In this document: positions 27,884 through 38,250 of the stretch, one piece after another | Numbering within the stretch: the first letter of the stretch is position 1 | How the letters are laid out: every line of letters starts with the position of its first letter | Assembly (NCBI GenBank): GCA_009840175.1 | Contig: VXOI01000043.1 | Span: forward strand, 1-62,238 | DNA: 62,238 nt | DNA from: Chloroflexota bacterium | Lineage (GTDB): Bacteria; Chloroflexota; Dehalococcoidia; Lucifugimonadales; UBA3495 | Direction of reading: 5' to 3' | Notes under the pieces: model-generated | Database searches by the model: none | What the model was told of the DNA's origin: nothing | What the model saw: only the letters and a program-made list of their open reading frames with translations | Program-made: the position numbers and the translations under genes

Positions 27884-28242
27884 GGCATTCCCGACATGTG
27901 TTGGTATTAAACGAAGCCCAAACGCAGGCAGACCAAGGCGATGGAATCCCGCAGCATGGTCACGCTCTTGCTGTAACCCTTGGTTCTCCGGTGCAAACGG
28001 TTGAGTTTGTCCAGCAATACCGAGTGCAACCCCTCGTTCCGGTTGGCTTCTAGCCCTTTGCCCGCCACATGCCGGTTCTGTGGCAGCCACTCATATACCC
28101 GGTAAGCATCGCTGACATACCGCTGGGCCTCGAGCAGCCGGGCATACAACTTCAGGAAGGTGGCTTCGCTGCGGTCTCCCACCTCAAAGTCCACCCGCCG
28201 CCCGGACCAACGCCTCCCTCACCAACACATGCTGGGAATACC
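27884..28242 (-). mobile_element. Internally deleted IS1-family element (359 bp)
   Basis: 22-bp imperfect TIRs (GGCATTCCCGACATGTGTTGGT / ACCAACACATGCTGGGAATACC) around an InsB fragment. Confidence 0.75.
27907..28194 (-). pseudogene. IS1 InsB transposase C-terminal fragment
   Basis: VGDRSEATF, SDAYRVY, NRNEG, RLHRRTKGYSKS. Confidence 0.8.
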
Positions 28243-28272
28243 CTTGCTTGGGCACAGCAAACGCATTCTCCC

Positions 28273-28300
28273 CGTCATTCCGGCGAAAGCGGGAATGACG
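28273..28300. repeat. CGTC-type REP, collapsed palindrome
   Basis: CGTCATTCCGGCGAAAGCGGGAATGACG. Confidence 0.8.
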
Positions 28301-28345
28301 AAATGGAAACTGTGGCAGGTCGAGCACGCTAATTTGATACTGTCT

Positions 28346-28753
28346 TCAGCAACTAGACGGCCGCGGCGGCGCGGGGGCGTAGCCTGAGGCGGTGCAGAAC
28401 TCGACGCGGTTGCCGTCGGGGTCGTGGATGAACAGAAAGGCTTGGCCGTCGTAGCGGACGCCCTCGCGCTCGATCTCGAAGCCGTTGTTTTCCAGGGTGG
28501 CGCGGGTGCCCTCGAAGTCCTCGACCTCGAAGGCGTGGTGGATGCGGTCGGGCTTGGCCGGGGCTTCCTGGGTCTCGATGAGGTGCACCATGATGCCGCT
28601 TTCCAATTGCAGCCAAGTGATTTCGGGGTTGTCCACCTGGCTCTCGATCTGCTTGATGCCCAGCAGGTTGTTGTAGAACTCCATGGCAACGGCGGTGTCC
28701 TTGACCATGGTGGTGACGTGGTTGATCCTGTTGGTGGTGATCAGTCCGGGCAT
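28346..28753 (-). CDS. VOC/glyoxalase family protein
   Basis: INHVT, FYNNLLG, HHAFEV, DPDGNRVEF. Confidence 0.88.
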   Translation of the reverse strand: MPGLITTNRINHVTTMVKDTAVAMEFYNNLLGIKQIESQVDNPEITWLQLESGIMVHLIETQEAPAKPDRIHHAFEVEDFEGTRATLENNGFEIEREGVRYDGQAFLFIHDPDGNRVEFCTASGYAPAPPRPSSC

Positions 28754-28940
28754 ACGGCCCCTCCTCTGTGTCTCAAATTGCGCTTCCCGATTATGCCACA
28801 GGTGCCCTTGCCGGGCTACTGGCGGTTGCCGTGGCGCCTTGTTGGCTCTTCCCTTGAACCGGGCCAGCGAAAGAGGGTGGTGGTGATGTAGAATAATTTC
28901 AAAGGGCAACTGTCGAAGACTTGGCGACGGTCCGGCAGCA

Positions 28941-29192
28941 GTGTGGGATATGGCTATGAAAAAAAGAGATCACGTTCCTATTGATACTGAATCCCCCTGG
29001 TTCATCTATTTTATCGTGCCCCTTGCCAGCGGTGGTTTAGGTCTGCCGCTTTCCATCGCTTGGTTGATGGAGGCTGGCGGAGACTGGCCGAAAATCGCTA
29101 TTGGGTTATCCCCTATCTTGGGCTGCGCCCTAATAGGATTTTCGCTAGTCAGGATAATCACCTGGCTGACCCCCTTGCGGGAAGAAGATTAA
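28941..29192 (+). CDS. Small membrane hypothetical protein
   Basis: Two hydrophobic segments, lower GC. Confidence 0.45.
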   Translation: MWDMAMKKRDHVPIDTESPWFIYFIVPLASGGLGLPLSIAWLMEAGGDWPKIAIGLSPILGCALIGFSLVRIITWLTPLREED

Positions 29193-29193
29193 G

Positions 29194-29538
29194 ATGCCAA
29201 ACAGCGAGCAGAATTGGGGGACTGCCTGTATAGGAATCATTACTTTTGCGACCGTGTTGGCCGCGGCAACATCTGCTGGTATTTTCGCTGTGACGGCCCG
29301 GCAGGAAAATTATTCCGAATGGGTTAGGGCGCTGGCGGCGTTCTTGGTTATCGTCAGTCTGTTAGCCTATGCGTTCGTGACGGTTTTCGGACTGGCTACT
29401 CTTTTCCGGGAAACTTCAGCGGAGCAGAGAACGGAGGCAGCCAGGACTGCCAGATCCGCTTTCGTGCAGAGTTATTCCGCCGTGCTTGCGGCCATTTTAC
29501 TGATTCTCTTTCCGCTGCTGGAAAGAGTCCCGTGGTAA
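29194..29538 (+). CDS. Membrane hypothetical protein
   Basis: Three hydrophobic segments, abuts previous ORF. Confidence 0.5.
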   Translation: MPNSEQNWGTACIGIITFATVLAAATSAGIFAVTARQENYSEWVRALAAFLVIVSLLAYAFVTVFGLATLFRETSAEQRTEAARTARSAFVQSYSAVLAAILLILFPLLERVPW

Positions 29539-29552
29539 GGGAGACTATAGCC

Positions 29553-30458
29553 TCACATCTGACTACCCAGCACCACCAGCGCTACGCCCGCCACCGTGAC
29601 AGCGATGCCCAGCACCAGCCAGCGGTTGACGTTCTCCTGCTGTTGCAGGAACAGCGCCGCCAGCAGCAGCGTGAACAGCGGGTTGGCCGACACGATGGGC
29701 GCGACCACCACGACCTCGGCCCGTTGCAGCGCGAAGTAGGTGCAGTTGACCCCGGTGGCCGCCGCCAGTCCCGAGAGCGCGGCGTATACCATGAATCCCG
29801 GCGACTGTCGCAGTTCACCTATAGCCTCCACCGCCTGCTTCGCCGCCACCGGGGCCACCAGCAGTATCCCGAAGAACAGGCTGATGGTGGCGACCACCAG
29901 CGGCGACGTGTAGTCAATGGTCAGTTGCCGCACCACCACGTTGGTGGTGCCGTAGCAGCAGGCCGCACCGAAGGCAAGCAGGTAGCCGATGAAGGCCACC
30001 CGCCGCCCGGCGCTCTGTCCGCCCGCAGTCTCCATGATGTTCTTGCCCAGGGCCGTTGCCAGCCCGCCCACTACCACCACCGTGCCAACCAGCACGACCC
30101 AGTGGGGCCGCTCCCCGGTGAGGGTGATGGCCAGTATCGAGGCGAACACCGCCGACGTGCCCACGATGGCCCCGGCGCGGGCCGCGCCGATGCGTCCCAC
30201 GGCCAGGTACGACAGGTTGCGCCCGCCCAAGAAGTTGAACGTGCCCAGCATTACGCACCAAGCGAGCACCACCAGCGGCAGGGTGATGAAGTCGCCGGAG
30301 GCGAAGATGACCGCCAGTATCCCGGAGGCGGCGAAGCTGAAGCACAGGGAGTAGAAGGTCACCGGCATCGGGCCGACCCGTGTCATAGCAAGCCGGGCGA
30401 AGATGGTGGCGCTGCCGAAGCCCATGATGGCCAGGAAGGAAAGCCCGATGGCCGTCAT
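29553..30458 (-). CDS. EamA/DMT transporter
   Basis: ~10 TM segments with duplicated EamA pattern; start MTAIG overlaps upstream stop. Confidence 0.88.
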   Translation of the reverse strand: MTAIGLSFLAIMGFGSATIFARLAMTRVGPMPVTFYSLCFSFAASGILAVIFASGDFITLPLVVLAWCVMLGTFNFLGGRNLSYLAVGRIGAARAGAIVGTSAVFASILAITLTGERPHWVVLVGTVVVVGGLATALGKNIMETAGGQSAGRRVAFIGYLLAFGAACCYGTTNVVVRQLTIDYTSPLVVATISLFFGILLVAPVAAKQAVEAIGELRQSPGFMVYAALSGLAAATGVNCTYFALQRAEVVVVAPIVSANPLFTLLLAALFLQQQENVNRWLVLGIAVTVAGVALVVLGSQM

Positions 30459-31348
30459 AGCTGCCCTCCAACAGCCACGGCAGCCACGCCCGCCACTGTC
30501 ACAATCGCACCGATAGTGAGGCGCAGGGTTATCTGCTCCAGCCGGGCAATGAATATGTGGGCCAGCAGCAATGTCCACAGCGGGAAGGTGGCCAGGATGG
30601 GGGCGACAATCAGCACGTCGGCCCGCTGCACAGCGAAGAGCTGGGCCACGATGGACACCGTGGTGCTCAGGCCGGACAGGCAGACGAAGCCCATGGATTT
30701 CCAGTTGAAGGCGCGGACGGCGGGACTGCGGGCGGCGATGATGCCGACGACAGGTATCACGATGAACATGGCGGCCAACATGCCCAGGGCAGTGATGGTC
30801 AGTGGCGAGTCGGACACGCTGACCGTCTGCTTCGCCAGGACCGTGCTCCCGCCCGTGGCCGCCCCGGCCATCAGCCCCGACAAGCACCCCAGGAGATAGC
30901 GGCGGTCCGTCCGCCAGCCTTGGGTGATGGAGTCGCCGCTGGCCAGCAGCAGCCCGGCCATCACCGCCAGTGTGCCCACGGCAACCAGGGGTGTCAGGTT
31001 CTCACCCGTGAAGGCGATGGCGAAAAAGGCGGCAAAGGGCACCTGGGTTGATATGAAGAGGGAGACCCGCGAAGCCCCGATGGCGCTCATGCTCGCGTAG
31101 GCCGTAGACCGGCCGATGGCGAACTGAACCAGTCCAAAGGCCACGATCCAGGGCAGGGCTTCCCGCGGAACCTGGAACATACCCGAAGAGTCGAGTACTA
31201 GGGCCACTATGGCCACGCCAACAAATCCCACCACGAGGGCAACGCCGATGACCGCGATGGGATGCACTCCCTGCATTCCCATGCGGCCGGTCACGGCGCC
31301 GTTGCCAAGACTGGCAGCCGACAGAAGGGAAAGGGCGATTGCGAGCAT
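30455..31348 (-). CDS. EamA/DMT transporter
   Basis: ~10 TM segments, IGASR, TGE. Confidence 0.88.
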   Translation of the reverse strand: MLAIALSLLSAASLGNGAVTGRMGMQGVHPIAVIGVALVVGFVGVAIVALVLDSSGMFQVPREALPWIVAFGLVQFAIGRSTAYASMSAIGASRVSLFISTQVPFAAFFAIAFTGENLTPLVAVGTLAVMAGLLLASGDSITQGWRTDRRYLLGCLSGLMAGAATGGSTVLAKQTVSVSDSPLTITALGMLAAMFIVIPVVGIIAARSPAVRAFNWKSMGFVCLSGLSTTVSIVAQLFAVQRADVLIVAPILATFPLWTLLLAHIFIARLEQITLRLTIGAIVTVAGVAAVAVGGQL

Positions 31349-32077
31349 TCAGTGGGTTAGGCCCGCCCGGCTCGTCCTGAGCTTGTCGAAGGATGCGCTT
31401 TCGATAATCGACCGGAAGATAAGCGCGCCGTCCGCGCTGCCCAGCAGCTCCTCGCAACTGCGCTCCGGGTGGGGCATCATCCCCAGCACGTTGCCTGCCT
31501 CGTTGACGATGCCCGCGATGTTGTTGGCCGAGCCGTTGGGGTTGGCGGCGTCGGTGGCCTGGCCGACGGCGTCGCAGTAGTGGAACAGCACCCGGCCCTC
31601 GCGCTCCAGCATATCCAGCGTTTCTGCGTCGGCGTAGTAGTTGCCCTCGCCGTGGGATATGGGAACCTGCAACCGCTGTCCGGCGTTGCAGGCAGAGGTG
31701 AAGCGCGAATCGTTCCGCTCCACGCGCAGGGTGGTCCACTGGCAGCGGTACTCAAGCTGCCGGTTGGCCCGCAGCGCGCCCGGCAGCAGGCCGGACTCGC
31801 ACAGAATCTGGAACCCGTTGCAGATGCCGATGACCGTGCCGCCCGCCTCCGCGAAGCCGTAGAGCGAGTCCATCACCGGCGAGAACCGGGCCATCGCCCC
31901 GGGCCGCAGGTAGTCGCCGTATGAGAAGCCGCCGGGCAGAATTATGCAGTCGAACCCGTCCAGCGAGACATCCTTGTGCCAGACGTATTCCGCATCCTGT
32001 CCCAGCACGCCGTTGACAGCGTGGTGGCAGTCAACGTCGCTCCAGGTGCCGGGGAATCGTAGAATTCCGAAACGCAT
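31349..32077 (-). CDS. purQ: FGAM synthase glutaminase subunit
   Basis: PGGFSYGDYLR, GICNGFQIL, MMPHPER. Confidence 0.97.
   Translation of the reverse strand: MRFGILRFPGTWSDVDCHHAVNGVLGQDAEYVWHKDVSLDGFDCIILPGGFSYGDYLRPGAMARFSPVMDSLYGFAEAGGTVIGICNGFQILCESGLLPGALRANRQLEYRCQWTTLRVERNDSRFTSACNAGQRLQVPISHGEGNYYADAETLDMLEREGRVLFHYCDAVGQATDAANPNGSANNIAGIVNEAGNVLGMMPHPERSCEELLGSADGALIFRSIIESASFDKLRTSRAGLTH
31370..31395. repeat. CTGAGCTTGTCGAAGG repeat (family B) forming the purQ C-terminal tail
   Basis: GCTCGTCCTGAGCTTGTCGAAGGATG, near-identical to intergenic copy 40768-40793. Confidence 0.8.
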
Positions 32078-32122
32078 CCTTGTGAATACTCCCCTTCCAT
32101 AAGGCCTGTGAACATTCAGAAC

Positions 32123-32461
32123 CTATCTTTCAAGTTCTGAGATTGCCTCTGAGAATTCCTCATTGACCTTGCGTCCTTGCGGTGTTACGCGAATGGCATC
32201 AAAAATGGCACCGAGCCGTTCTTCCTGTCCAGATTGCTTAACCATTCGGCGGATAAATTCGGCTCGCAGGATGTGTTCATATAGCACTGTCTCTCGGTGC
32301 TTTGCGCAGCTCCGACAGGTGGGCACTACCCCATCCTCCACAATCCTTTCTTGATCCATTTCCTTTCCGCATCGCGTCCGATAAAGCCCCGTCTGGAGAT
32401 ATGCTTTATCTATAAGCCGTTTAGGAACTCCTTCGATGGTGTGAGTATTTTTCTGACGCAA
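32123..32461 (-). CDS. Hypothetical protein with H..C..CxxC
   Basis: 112-aa ORF, GGAGG upstream, TRCG..PTCRSC, low GC. Confidence 0.55.
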   Translation of the reverse strand: MRQKNTHTIEGVPKRLIDKAYLQTGLYRTRCGKEMDQERIVEDGVVPTCRSCAKHRETVLYEHILRAEFIRRMVKQSGQEERLGAIFDAIRVTPQGRKVNEEFSEAISELER

Positions 32462-32520
32462 CTGAACTTTTACCTCCGTAAACGTGGCCGTAGGCCTTAG
32501 GGAGAGGGGATTTCATTCAT

Positions 32521-32973
32521 CTACCCCATCGAGTCCAGAATCTCGCCCGCGAGGCGGTTGACCTCCGCGCCGTCGGCCTTGCCTCGCACTTGGGGCATCA
32601 GGCGGCCCATCACCTTGCCCCGGTCGCGGGGGCCGGTTGCGCCCACCGCTTCGACAGTCTCGCGGATGAGGGCGACGATTTCGTCCTCGCTGAGCTGGGG
32701 CGGCAGGTACTCTTCCAGCACGGCCAGCTCGGCGGCTTCCTTGTCCGCCAGCTCGGTGCGCCCGCCGTCGCGGAAGGCCTTGACGCTCTCGCGGCGGTCG
32801 TTGGCCTGCTTGGACACGACCTCGATCATGGCTTGGTCGTCCAGCGTTTCCCTGCGTTCCTTCTCTACGGCCTGCACCGCGAACTTGAGGAACCGCAAGG
32901 CGTCCACCCGCCCCTGGTCACGCTGACGCATGGAATCTCGTATGTCCTCTTCCAGCCTGTCCCTCAGCGTCAT
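32521..32973 (-). CDS. GatB/YqeY domain protein
   Basis: RRES...GR.ELADKE..E..VL..YLPPQLSE, GKVMG, GKADG. Confidence 0.92.
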   Translation of the reverse strand: MTLRDRLEEDIRDSMRQRDQGRVDALRFLKFAVQAVEKERRETLDDQAMIEVVSKQANDRRESVKAFRDGGRTELADKEAAELAVLEEYLPPQLSEDEIVALIRETVEAVGATGPRDRGKVMGRLMPQVRGKADGAEVNRLAGEILDSMG

Positions 32974-33178
32974 AATCAGCCCCCGCTCGCGGCAGAATGT
33001 GTGCACCGGGGTCGCCAGTACATTCTAACCCCTGTGGGGCCTGTGCGCTAACTTGAGGTGATGTCTTGAGGGACGGAATGCGGGGGTTGGGCCGAGGTTG
33101 AGCGCGGTGGTATAATCGGCGGCGATTCGCGGTCGGCGGAACCGCTGTCCGGTTCATCCCAAAGGTAGAGGGTTTCCA

Positions 33179-34471
33179 GTGGCGCAGATACGCCATATCA
33201 TCGCCTTCCTTCAGGAATACTCCATCCCGCTCATCCTCGGCGTCATCGCCGGGCTGGTGTGGGCCAACATAGACTTTGACAGCTACTACAAGATAGTGGA
33301 GTTCGACTTCTGGAACTTCGGCAGAGGCCCGTTCCTGGACGACGGCGAACACCACGACCTGAATGACTTCTATATCTTCGGCAAGCACGTTACCGTTCAC
33401 TTCCTGATTAACGAAGTGTTCATGGTCTTCTTCTTCGGCATCGCGGCCAAGGAGATAACGGAATCAATCCTGCCCGGCGGCGCGCTGAATCCCCTCCCCA
33501 AGGCCATCAACCCCATCATGGGAACTTTGGGTGGGGTGTTCGGCCCGGTGGGGCTGTTCATACTGCTGGCGGTCATCTTCTACGGCGGCACCGACGACCT
33601 GGGCAGAATGATGTTCCCGGCCGAGGGCGTCCTCGGCGGTTGGGCCATTCCCACCGCCACCGACATCGCGCTGGCCTGGCTGGTGGCCCGCGTGATCTTC
33701 GGGGCCCGTCACGCGGCGGTGAACTTCCTGTTGCTGCTGGCGGTGGCCGACGACGCCATCGGCCTCGTGATCATCGCCGTGTTCTACTCGGAGAACGTGG
33801 TGCCCCTCTGGCTGCTGTTGACACTGGGCGGCATGGTCACGGCCTACGTCTTCCGGAGAATCGGTATCACCTGGTGGCCCGTGTATATCCTGGTCGCGGG
33901 GGGCATGAGCTGGGTCGGGCTGGTCAAGACAGGTGTTGAGCCTGCGCTGGCGCTGGTGGCCATAGTGCCCTTCCTGCCGGCGCTCCATGCCGGGGGGCAT
34001 GAGAGCGAAGAGCACGATATAGAATATGCCCACGCCCATACCAGCGGGGGACACGGACACCAGGCCGGCACGCTGGAGAAGTTCGAGCATCACCTCAAGC
34101 TGCCGGTGGACTTCGGGCTGTTCTTCTTCGCCTGGGCCAACGCGGGCGTCGCTTTCGGCAACATTAACCAGGTCACCCTGATGATCCTGCTGTCGCTGAT
34201 AGTGGGTAAGACGGTCGGCGTGTCCATCTTCTCGTTCATCGTTTCCAAGCTCGGATTCCCGCTGCCCGAGGGCATGGGCCTGCGGCACCTGATGGTGGCG
34301 GGCATGATTGCCGGCCTGGGGCTGACGGTGGCGCTGTTCGTGGCCAACAAGGCGTACTACGGGACGGAGTTCCTGGACCCGGGCAAGATGGGCGCGGTGT
34401 TCAGCATCGTCGTCGCAGGACTGGCCTTCGTCTTCGCCCGCGTCATCGGTATCCGCCGCGACCCGGACTAA
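33179..34471 (+). CDS. nhaA: Na+/H+ antiporter NhaA
   Basis: INEVFMVFFF, GWAIPTATDIA, LAVADD, GKTVGV. Confidence 0.93.
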   Translation: MAQIRHIIAFLQEYSIPLILGVIAGLVWANIDFDSYYKIVEFDFWNFGRGPFLDDGEHHDLNDFYIFGKHVTVHFLINEVFMVFFFGIAAKEITESILPGGALNPLPKAINPIMGTLGGVFGPVGLFILLAVIFYGGTDDLGRMMFPAEGVLGGWAIPTATDIALAWLVARVIFGARHAAVNFLLLLAVADDAIGLVIIAVFYSENVVPLWLLLTLGGMVTAYVFRRIGITWWPVYILVAGGMSWVGLVKTGVEPALALVAIVPFLPALHAGGHESEEHDIEYAHAHTSGGHGHQAGTLEKFEHHLKLPVDFGLFFFAWANAGVAFGNINQVTLMILLSLIVGKTVGVSIFSFIVSKLGFPLPEGMGLRHLMVAGMIAGLGLTVALFVANKAYYGTEFLDPGKMGAVFSIVVAGLAFVFARVIGIRRDPD

Positions 34472-34480
34472 AGACTAATT

Positions 34481-34564
34481 AACCACAGAGAGCACGGAGA
34501 CCGCAGAGGGTTAAGGGTGGGCCGTTCAATAACATTCTCTGTGGCCTCTGTGCTCTCTGTGGTT
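34481..34564. repeat. ACCACAGAG periodic inverted repeat
   Basis: Same family as 20450-20518. Confidence 0.8.
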
Positions 34565-34581
34565 AAAAAAGGAGCATCGAG

Positions 34582-34869
34582 ATGATAGGCGTACTCACTC
34601 ACCACTGGGCCAAGGCAGACAAGATTGAGGAAGCGAAGACCCTGCTGGACGGCAACGGCCTGGCGCAGAGCAAGGCCCCCGGCTTCGGCAGCCGCCAGAC
34701 GCTGATTTCGCTGTCGGACCCCACCAAGATTTCCACGCTGGTGACCTGGGACAGCAACGAAATCTACGACGCCTGGCGCGCCAGCCCGGAGCGGGCCGTT
34801 GCCATGGCCGGAGCGGAGGAGCTGTGGGCGCAGCCCCCGCAGTCGGAGCGGTTCGACATGGTGGGATAG
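34582..34869 (+). CDS. Antibiotic biosynthesis monooxygenase (ABM) family
   Basis: APGF.SR, TWDS...DAWRASPE. Confidence 0.8.
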   Translation: MIGVLTHHWAKADKIEEAKTLLDGNGLAQSKAPGFGSRQTLISLSDPTKISTLVTWDSNEIYDAWRASPERAVAMAGAEELWAQPPQSERFDMVG

Positions 34870-34997
34870 CGCGGCGGTTGGTTCGGGCAGTGCGTCTTTC
34901 AAATAGCGCAAGGGCAGCCGTGTTAAAATCGGGCTGTAAGGTCGGGTAAGGCTGTTCCACCCGAGGCGGCAGGGCTGGCCTGCAAGGTGATTCCGAA

Positions 34998-35774
34998 ATG
35001 GCTCTCCGAAAATCTGCGGACAAATACCAGATGCTGCCCTACCGCAAGGGAGGGCCGATTGACTATGCCAGCCTCGAATTCGACGCCTTTGAGAAGGAAG
35101 TGCCGCCCGACCACATGGAACAGAGCCGCGAGATTCACGAGGTCATGGGACTGCTATTCGCTCACATTACAGATTTCCACCGCCGCCCGGACGTTTTTGT
35201 AGATACTGACACCAACGTCTGCTATGACCCCAGCAACCTGAACGTGCGGGTTGCCCCCGATGTATACGTCGCCTTTGGGGTGGACTCCGAGGCCATTCGT
35301 CCTCGTCATATTTACTTACCGTGGGAGGTTGGCAAGGTGCCCGACTGGGTACTGGAAGTCGCTTCGGACAGCACAAGGCGGGTGGACCTGGTACGGAAAC
35401 CGCCTATCTACGCCCAAATCGGCGTCCCCGAATTCTGGCGGTTCGACCCGACAGGAGGCCGATATTACCGCTTTCAACTGAATGGCCTCAAGCTGGTGGA
35501 TGGCGAATATCAGCCCATAGAACTCACCACCGAACCCGACGGCATCCTGAAGGGATACAGCGAGGTGCTGGAACTGAGTCTGGCCTGGGACAACGGATGG
35601 CCCCGGTTCTACGACCCTGCCAGTGGAACCTACCTGGAAACGTGGAGGCAGGATCGGGAAGCACTGCGGGCAACGCAAGGCGCTCTACAGGCAGAGCGCC
35701 GATCACGCCTCGCCGAACAAGAACGAATACGCCAACTGGAAGAGGAACTGCGCCGCCTCCGTGGGGAAGATTAG
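34998..35774 (+). CDS. Uma2/DUF820 family protein
   Basis: VAPDVYVAFG, PDWVLEVAS, IGVPEFWRFDP. Confidence 0.9.
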   Translation: MALRKSADKYQMLPYRKGGPIDYASLEFDAFEKEVPPDHMEQSREIHEVMGLLFAHITDFHRRPDVFVDTDTNVCYDPSNLNVRVAPDVYVAFGVDSEAIRPRHIYLPWEVGKVPDWVLEVASDSTRRVDLVRKPPIYAQIGVPEFWRFDPTGGRYYRFQLNGLKLVDGEYQPIELTTEPDGILKGYSEVLELSLAWDNGWPRFYDPASGTYLETWRQDREALRATQGALQAERRSRLAEQERIRQLEEELRRLRGED

Positions 35775-35795
35775 GCGCAAACACAGGAGCGGTAG

Positions 35796-37415
35796 ATGAG
35801 CAGACGCAGTTTCTGGGCCTGGGGGCTGGAGCAGGACGAACCCACCGAGCAACAGGTGCGCGAGGCCGCCGCCCGGCTGTCGCAGCGCTACGGCGTGGCC
35901 GTCGAGCCGGTGATGCCGCCCCGGGCGGAAGACCTGCAACTGCGCGCCCCGCGCATCAGCCCTCCGTCGTCCCTGGCCGCCATCTGCGCCACTGACGACC
36001 ACGACCGCGCGGTCCACACCTACGGGCGGAGCTTCCGCGACCGCATCCGGGCTTACAATTTGCAGTTCCCCAACCCGCCCGACGTGGTGGCGCATCCCAC
36101 CACCGAAGATGAAGTGACGGCGGTGCTGGACTGGTGCTCCTCCAACGGATACGCCGCCATCCCCTACGGCGGGGGCAGCTCCACAGTCGCCGGGTTCGAG
36201 CCACCGGAAGGCTACGACGGCATAGTAACCGTAGACCTGTCGGCGCTGGACCAGGTGCTGGAGGTGGACGACGTTTCCCGCTCGGCGCGAATCCAGGCCG
36301 GGGCCTACGGCCCTGGACTGGAGGCGCAGTTGCGTCCCCACGGCTTCACCCTGCGTCACTACCCGCAGAGCTTCGAGTTCTCATCGCTGGGCGGCTGGAT
36401 TGCCACCCGCTCCGGCGGGCACTACGCCACCAACCACACCCACATTGACGACTTCGTGGAGTCGGTGCGGATGGTCACGCCGACGGGCGTGTGGGAGTCG
36501 CGGCGGCTGCCCGGCAGCGGGGCCGGGCCCAGCCCTGACCGAATGGCCATCGGCAGCGAGGGCATCCTGGGCATCATCACCGAGGCTTGGATGCGAATAC
36601 AGGCCCGCCCCCAGTACCGCGCCTCTGCGGGGGTGACCTTCCCCAGCTTCATGGCCGGGTCCGAGGGTGCCCGCCGCGTGGTGCAGGCCAAGCTCTGGCC
36701 CGCCAACTGCCGCCTGCTGGACCCGGGCGAGGCCCAGACAGCCGCTGGCATGGACGGCAGCCGCGCCCTGCTCATCATCGGCTTCGAGTCCAGCGATCTC
36801 CCTCAGGACGACAACATACGGCAGGCCGTCGCCATCGCCCGCGACGCCGGGGGAACCATCGCGGAAGAGGACATCAGGATTTCCGCGCCCGGCGACCGGA
36901 GCGACGAATCATCCGGCGGCGACACCGGGCGGCAGGGCGCGGTCGGAGCATGGCGCAACGCCTTCATCGGCGCGCCCTACCAGCGCAACATCACCACCGG
37001 AATGGGCCTCGTAGCCGAAACGCTGGAGACGGCCATCACCTGGGAGCGCTGGCCCGCCATGGACGAGATGGTGCGCGGCGCGTTGCAGGAAACGCTGGAC
37101 CGCGTCTGCGGTGGCGGCTCGGTGTCCTGCCGATTCACCCACGTCTACCCCGACGGCCCGGCCCCCTACTACACCTGGGAGGGCATGGGGCGGCGCGGCG
37201 CCGAGCTGGAGATGTACGCCGAGATCAAGCAGGCGGCCTCCGACGCCATCATGGCGGCTGGCGGCACCATCACTCACCACCACGCCGTGGGACGCCTGCA
37301 CCGCCCCTGGTACGACCAGCAGCGCCCCGAACCCTTCGCGGAGGCCCTGCGCGCCGCCAAGCGCACCCTCGACCCCAACGGCGTCCTGAACCCGGGCTTG
37401 CTGGTGGACGTCTAG
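35796..37415 (+). CDS. FAD-binding oxidoreductase (alkyl-DHAP synthase-like)
   Basis: PYGGGSS, HYPQSFEFSSLGGW, GSEG.LG, HHHAVG, LNPG. Confidence 0.9.
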   Translation: MSRRSFWAWGLEQDEPTEQQVREAAARLSQRYGVAVEPVMPPRAEDLQLRAPRISPPSSLAAICATDDHDRAVHTYGRSFRDRIRAYNLQFPNPPDVVAHPTTEDEVTAVLDWCSSNGYAAIPYGGGSSTVAGFEPPEGYDGIVTVDLSALDQVLEVDDVSRSARIQAGAYGPGLEAQLRPHGFTLRHYPQSFEFSSLGGWIATRSGGHYATNHTHIDDFVESVRMVTPTGVWESRRLPGSGAGPSPDRMAIGSEGILGIITEAWMRIQARPQYRASAGVTFPSFMAGSEGARRVVQAKLWPANCRLLDPGEAQTAAGMDGSRALLIIGFESSDLPQDDNIRQAVAIARDAGGTIAEEDIRISAPGDRSDESSGGDTGRQGAVGAWRNAFIGAPYQRNITTGMGLVAETLETAITWERWPAMDEMVRGALQETLDRVCGGGSVSCRFTHVYPDGPAPYYTWEGMGRRGAELEMYAEIKQAASDAIMAAGGTITHHHAVGRLHRPWYDQQRPEPFAEALRAAKRTLDPNGVLNPGLLVDV

Positions 37416-37419
37416 CTTA

Positions 37420-38157
37420 GTGAAAATCCTGTTCCTTGACGAGTCCGGCGATCACAACCTGACGGTGATCGATGGCAACTACCCCGTGTTTGTTCTGGGT
37501 GGAGTCATAGTTGACAAGGATTACGCCGATGGCCCATTAACGGAAGCCTTTGACGACTTCAAGGCCCGGCTATTCGGAAGAACCGACATTGTGCTGCATA
37601 CAGCAGACATTGTTAGGAACAGAAACGAGTTCGAGAGACCGCATGACATTGATTTTCGATCTCGCTTCTACATCCAACTGAATTCTTTGATGCAAGAACT
37701 TCCCTATGAGGTTGTGGCTTACGCTTTCCACAAAAGAGAATATCTTGAGCGATACGGGGCCAATGCCATAGATCCCTATCTACTTGGATTGCGCGTAATG
37801 GTGGAGTTGCTTTGTGGTGTCGTCGGTCCTGTGGCTCAGGGAGGCTCCATCATAGCGGAAAAGCGGGGAGAACCCTTGGATCAGGAAGTGGAAGATACAT
37901 GGAGGATTCTCAGAACCCGAGGCTCCAGCTACGCAGAGGCGGATGTGATTCAGGAATCCATTCAGTCGTTGGAATTGCGGGACAAGAAAGAAAATATCGC
38001 GTGCCTACAGCTTGCAGACTTGGTAGTAAGCCCTATCGGGCGCCACATCCTCGGCAAGCCCGATAAAAACGATTGGCAAATTGTAGAAGAGAAATTCCGA
38101 CATAGCCCGGACGGGCGCACAGATAACTACGGACTATTCATTTTCCCCATACAGTAA
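37420..38157 (+). CDS. DUF3800 domain protein
   Basis: LFLDESGD, FVLGGV, LHT.DI, EKRG, LQLADLV; lower GC than neighbours. Confidence 0.88.
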   Translation: MKILFLDESGDHNLTVIDGNYPVFVLGGVIVDKDYADGPLTEAFDDFKARLFGRTDIVLHTADIVRNRNEFERPHDIDFRSRFYIQLNSLMQELPYEVVAYAFHKREYLERYGANAIDPYLLGLRVMVELLCGVVGPVAQGGSIIAEKRGEPLDQEVEDTWRILRTRGSSYAEADVIQESIQSLELRDKKENIACLQLADLVVSPIGRHILGKPDKNDWQIVEEKFRHSPDGRTDNYGLFIFPIQ

Positions 38158-38244
38158 GGCCAGCCTCCGCTACGCAGAAGCTGACCTTGTCCCTCCTACA
38201 CCTGGGAGAGGCGAGAGGCTCCCGCTACGCAGTTACCAACTCAC
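38156..38244 (-). ncRNA. Candidate DUF3800-associated structured ncRNA, convergent with the gene
   Basis: Three hairpins, two sharing apical CTGCGTAGCGG; stem mismatches on + are G-U pairs on -; starts 7 nt after a -10 box. Confidence 0.7.
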
Positions 38245-38250
38245 ATATCT

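Noticed and set aside
38156-38244. CCGCTACGCAG duplication as a mini-CRISPR array
   Set aside because: Only two 11-nt copies within different stems, no repeat-spacer periodicity and no cas genes
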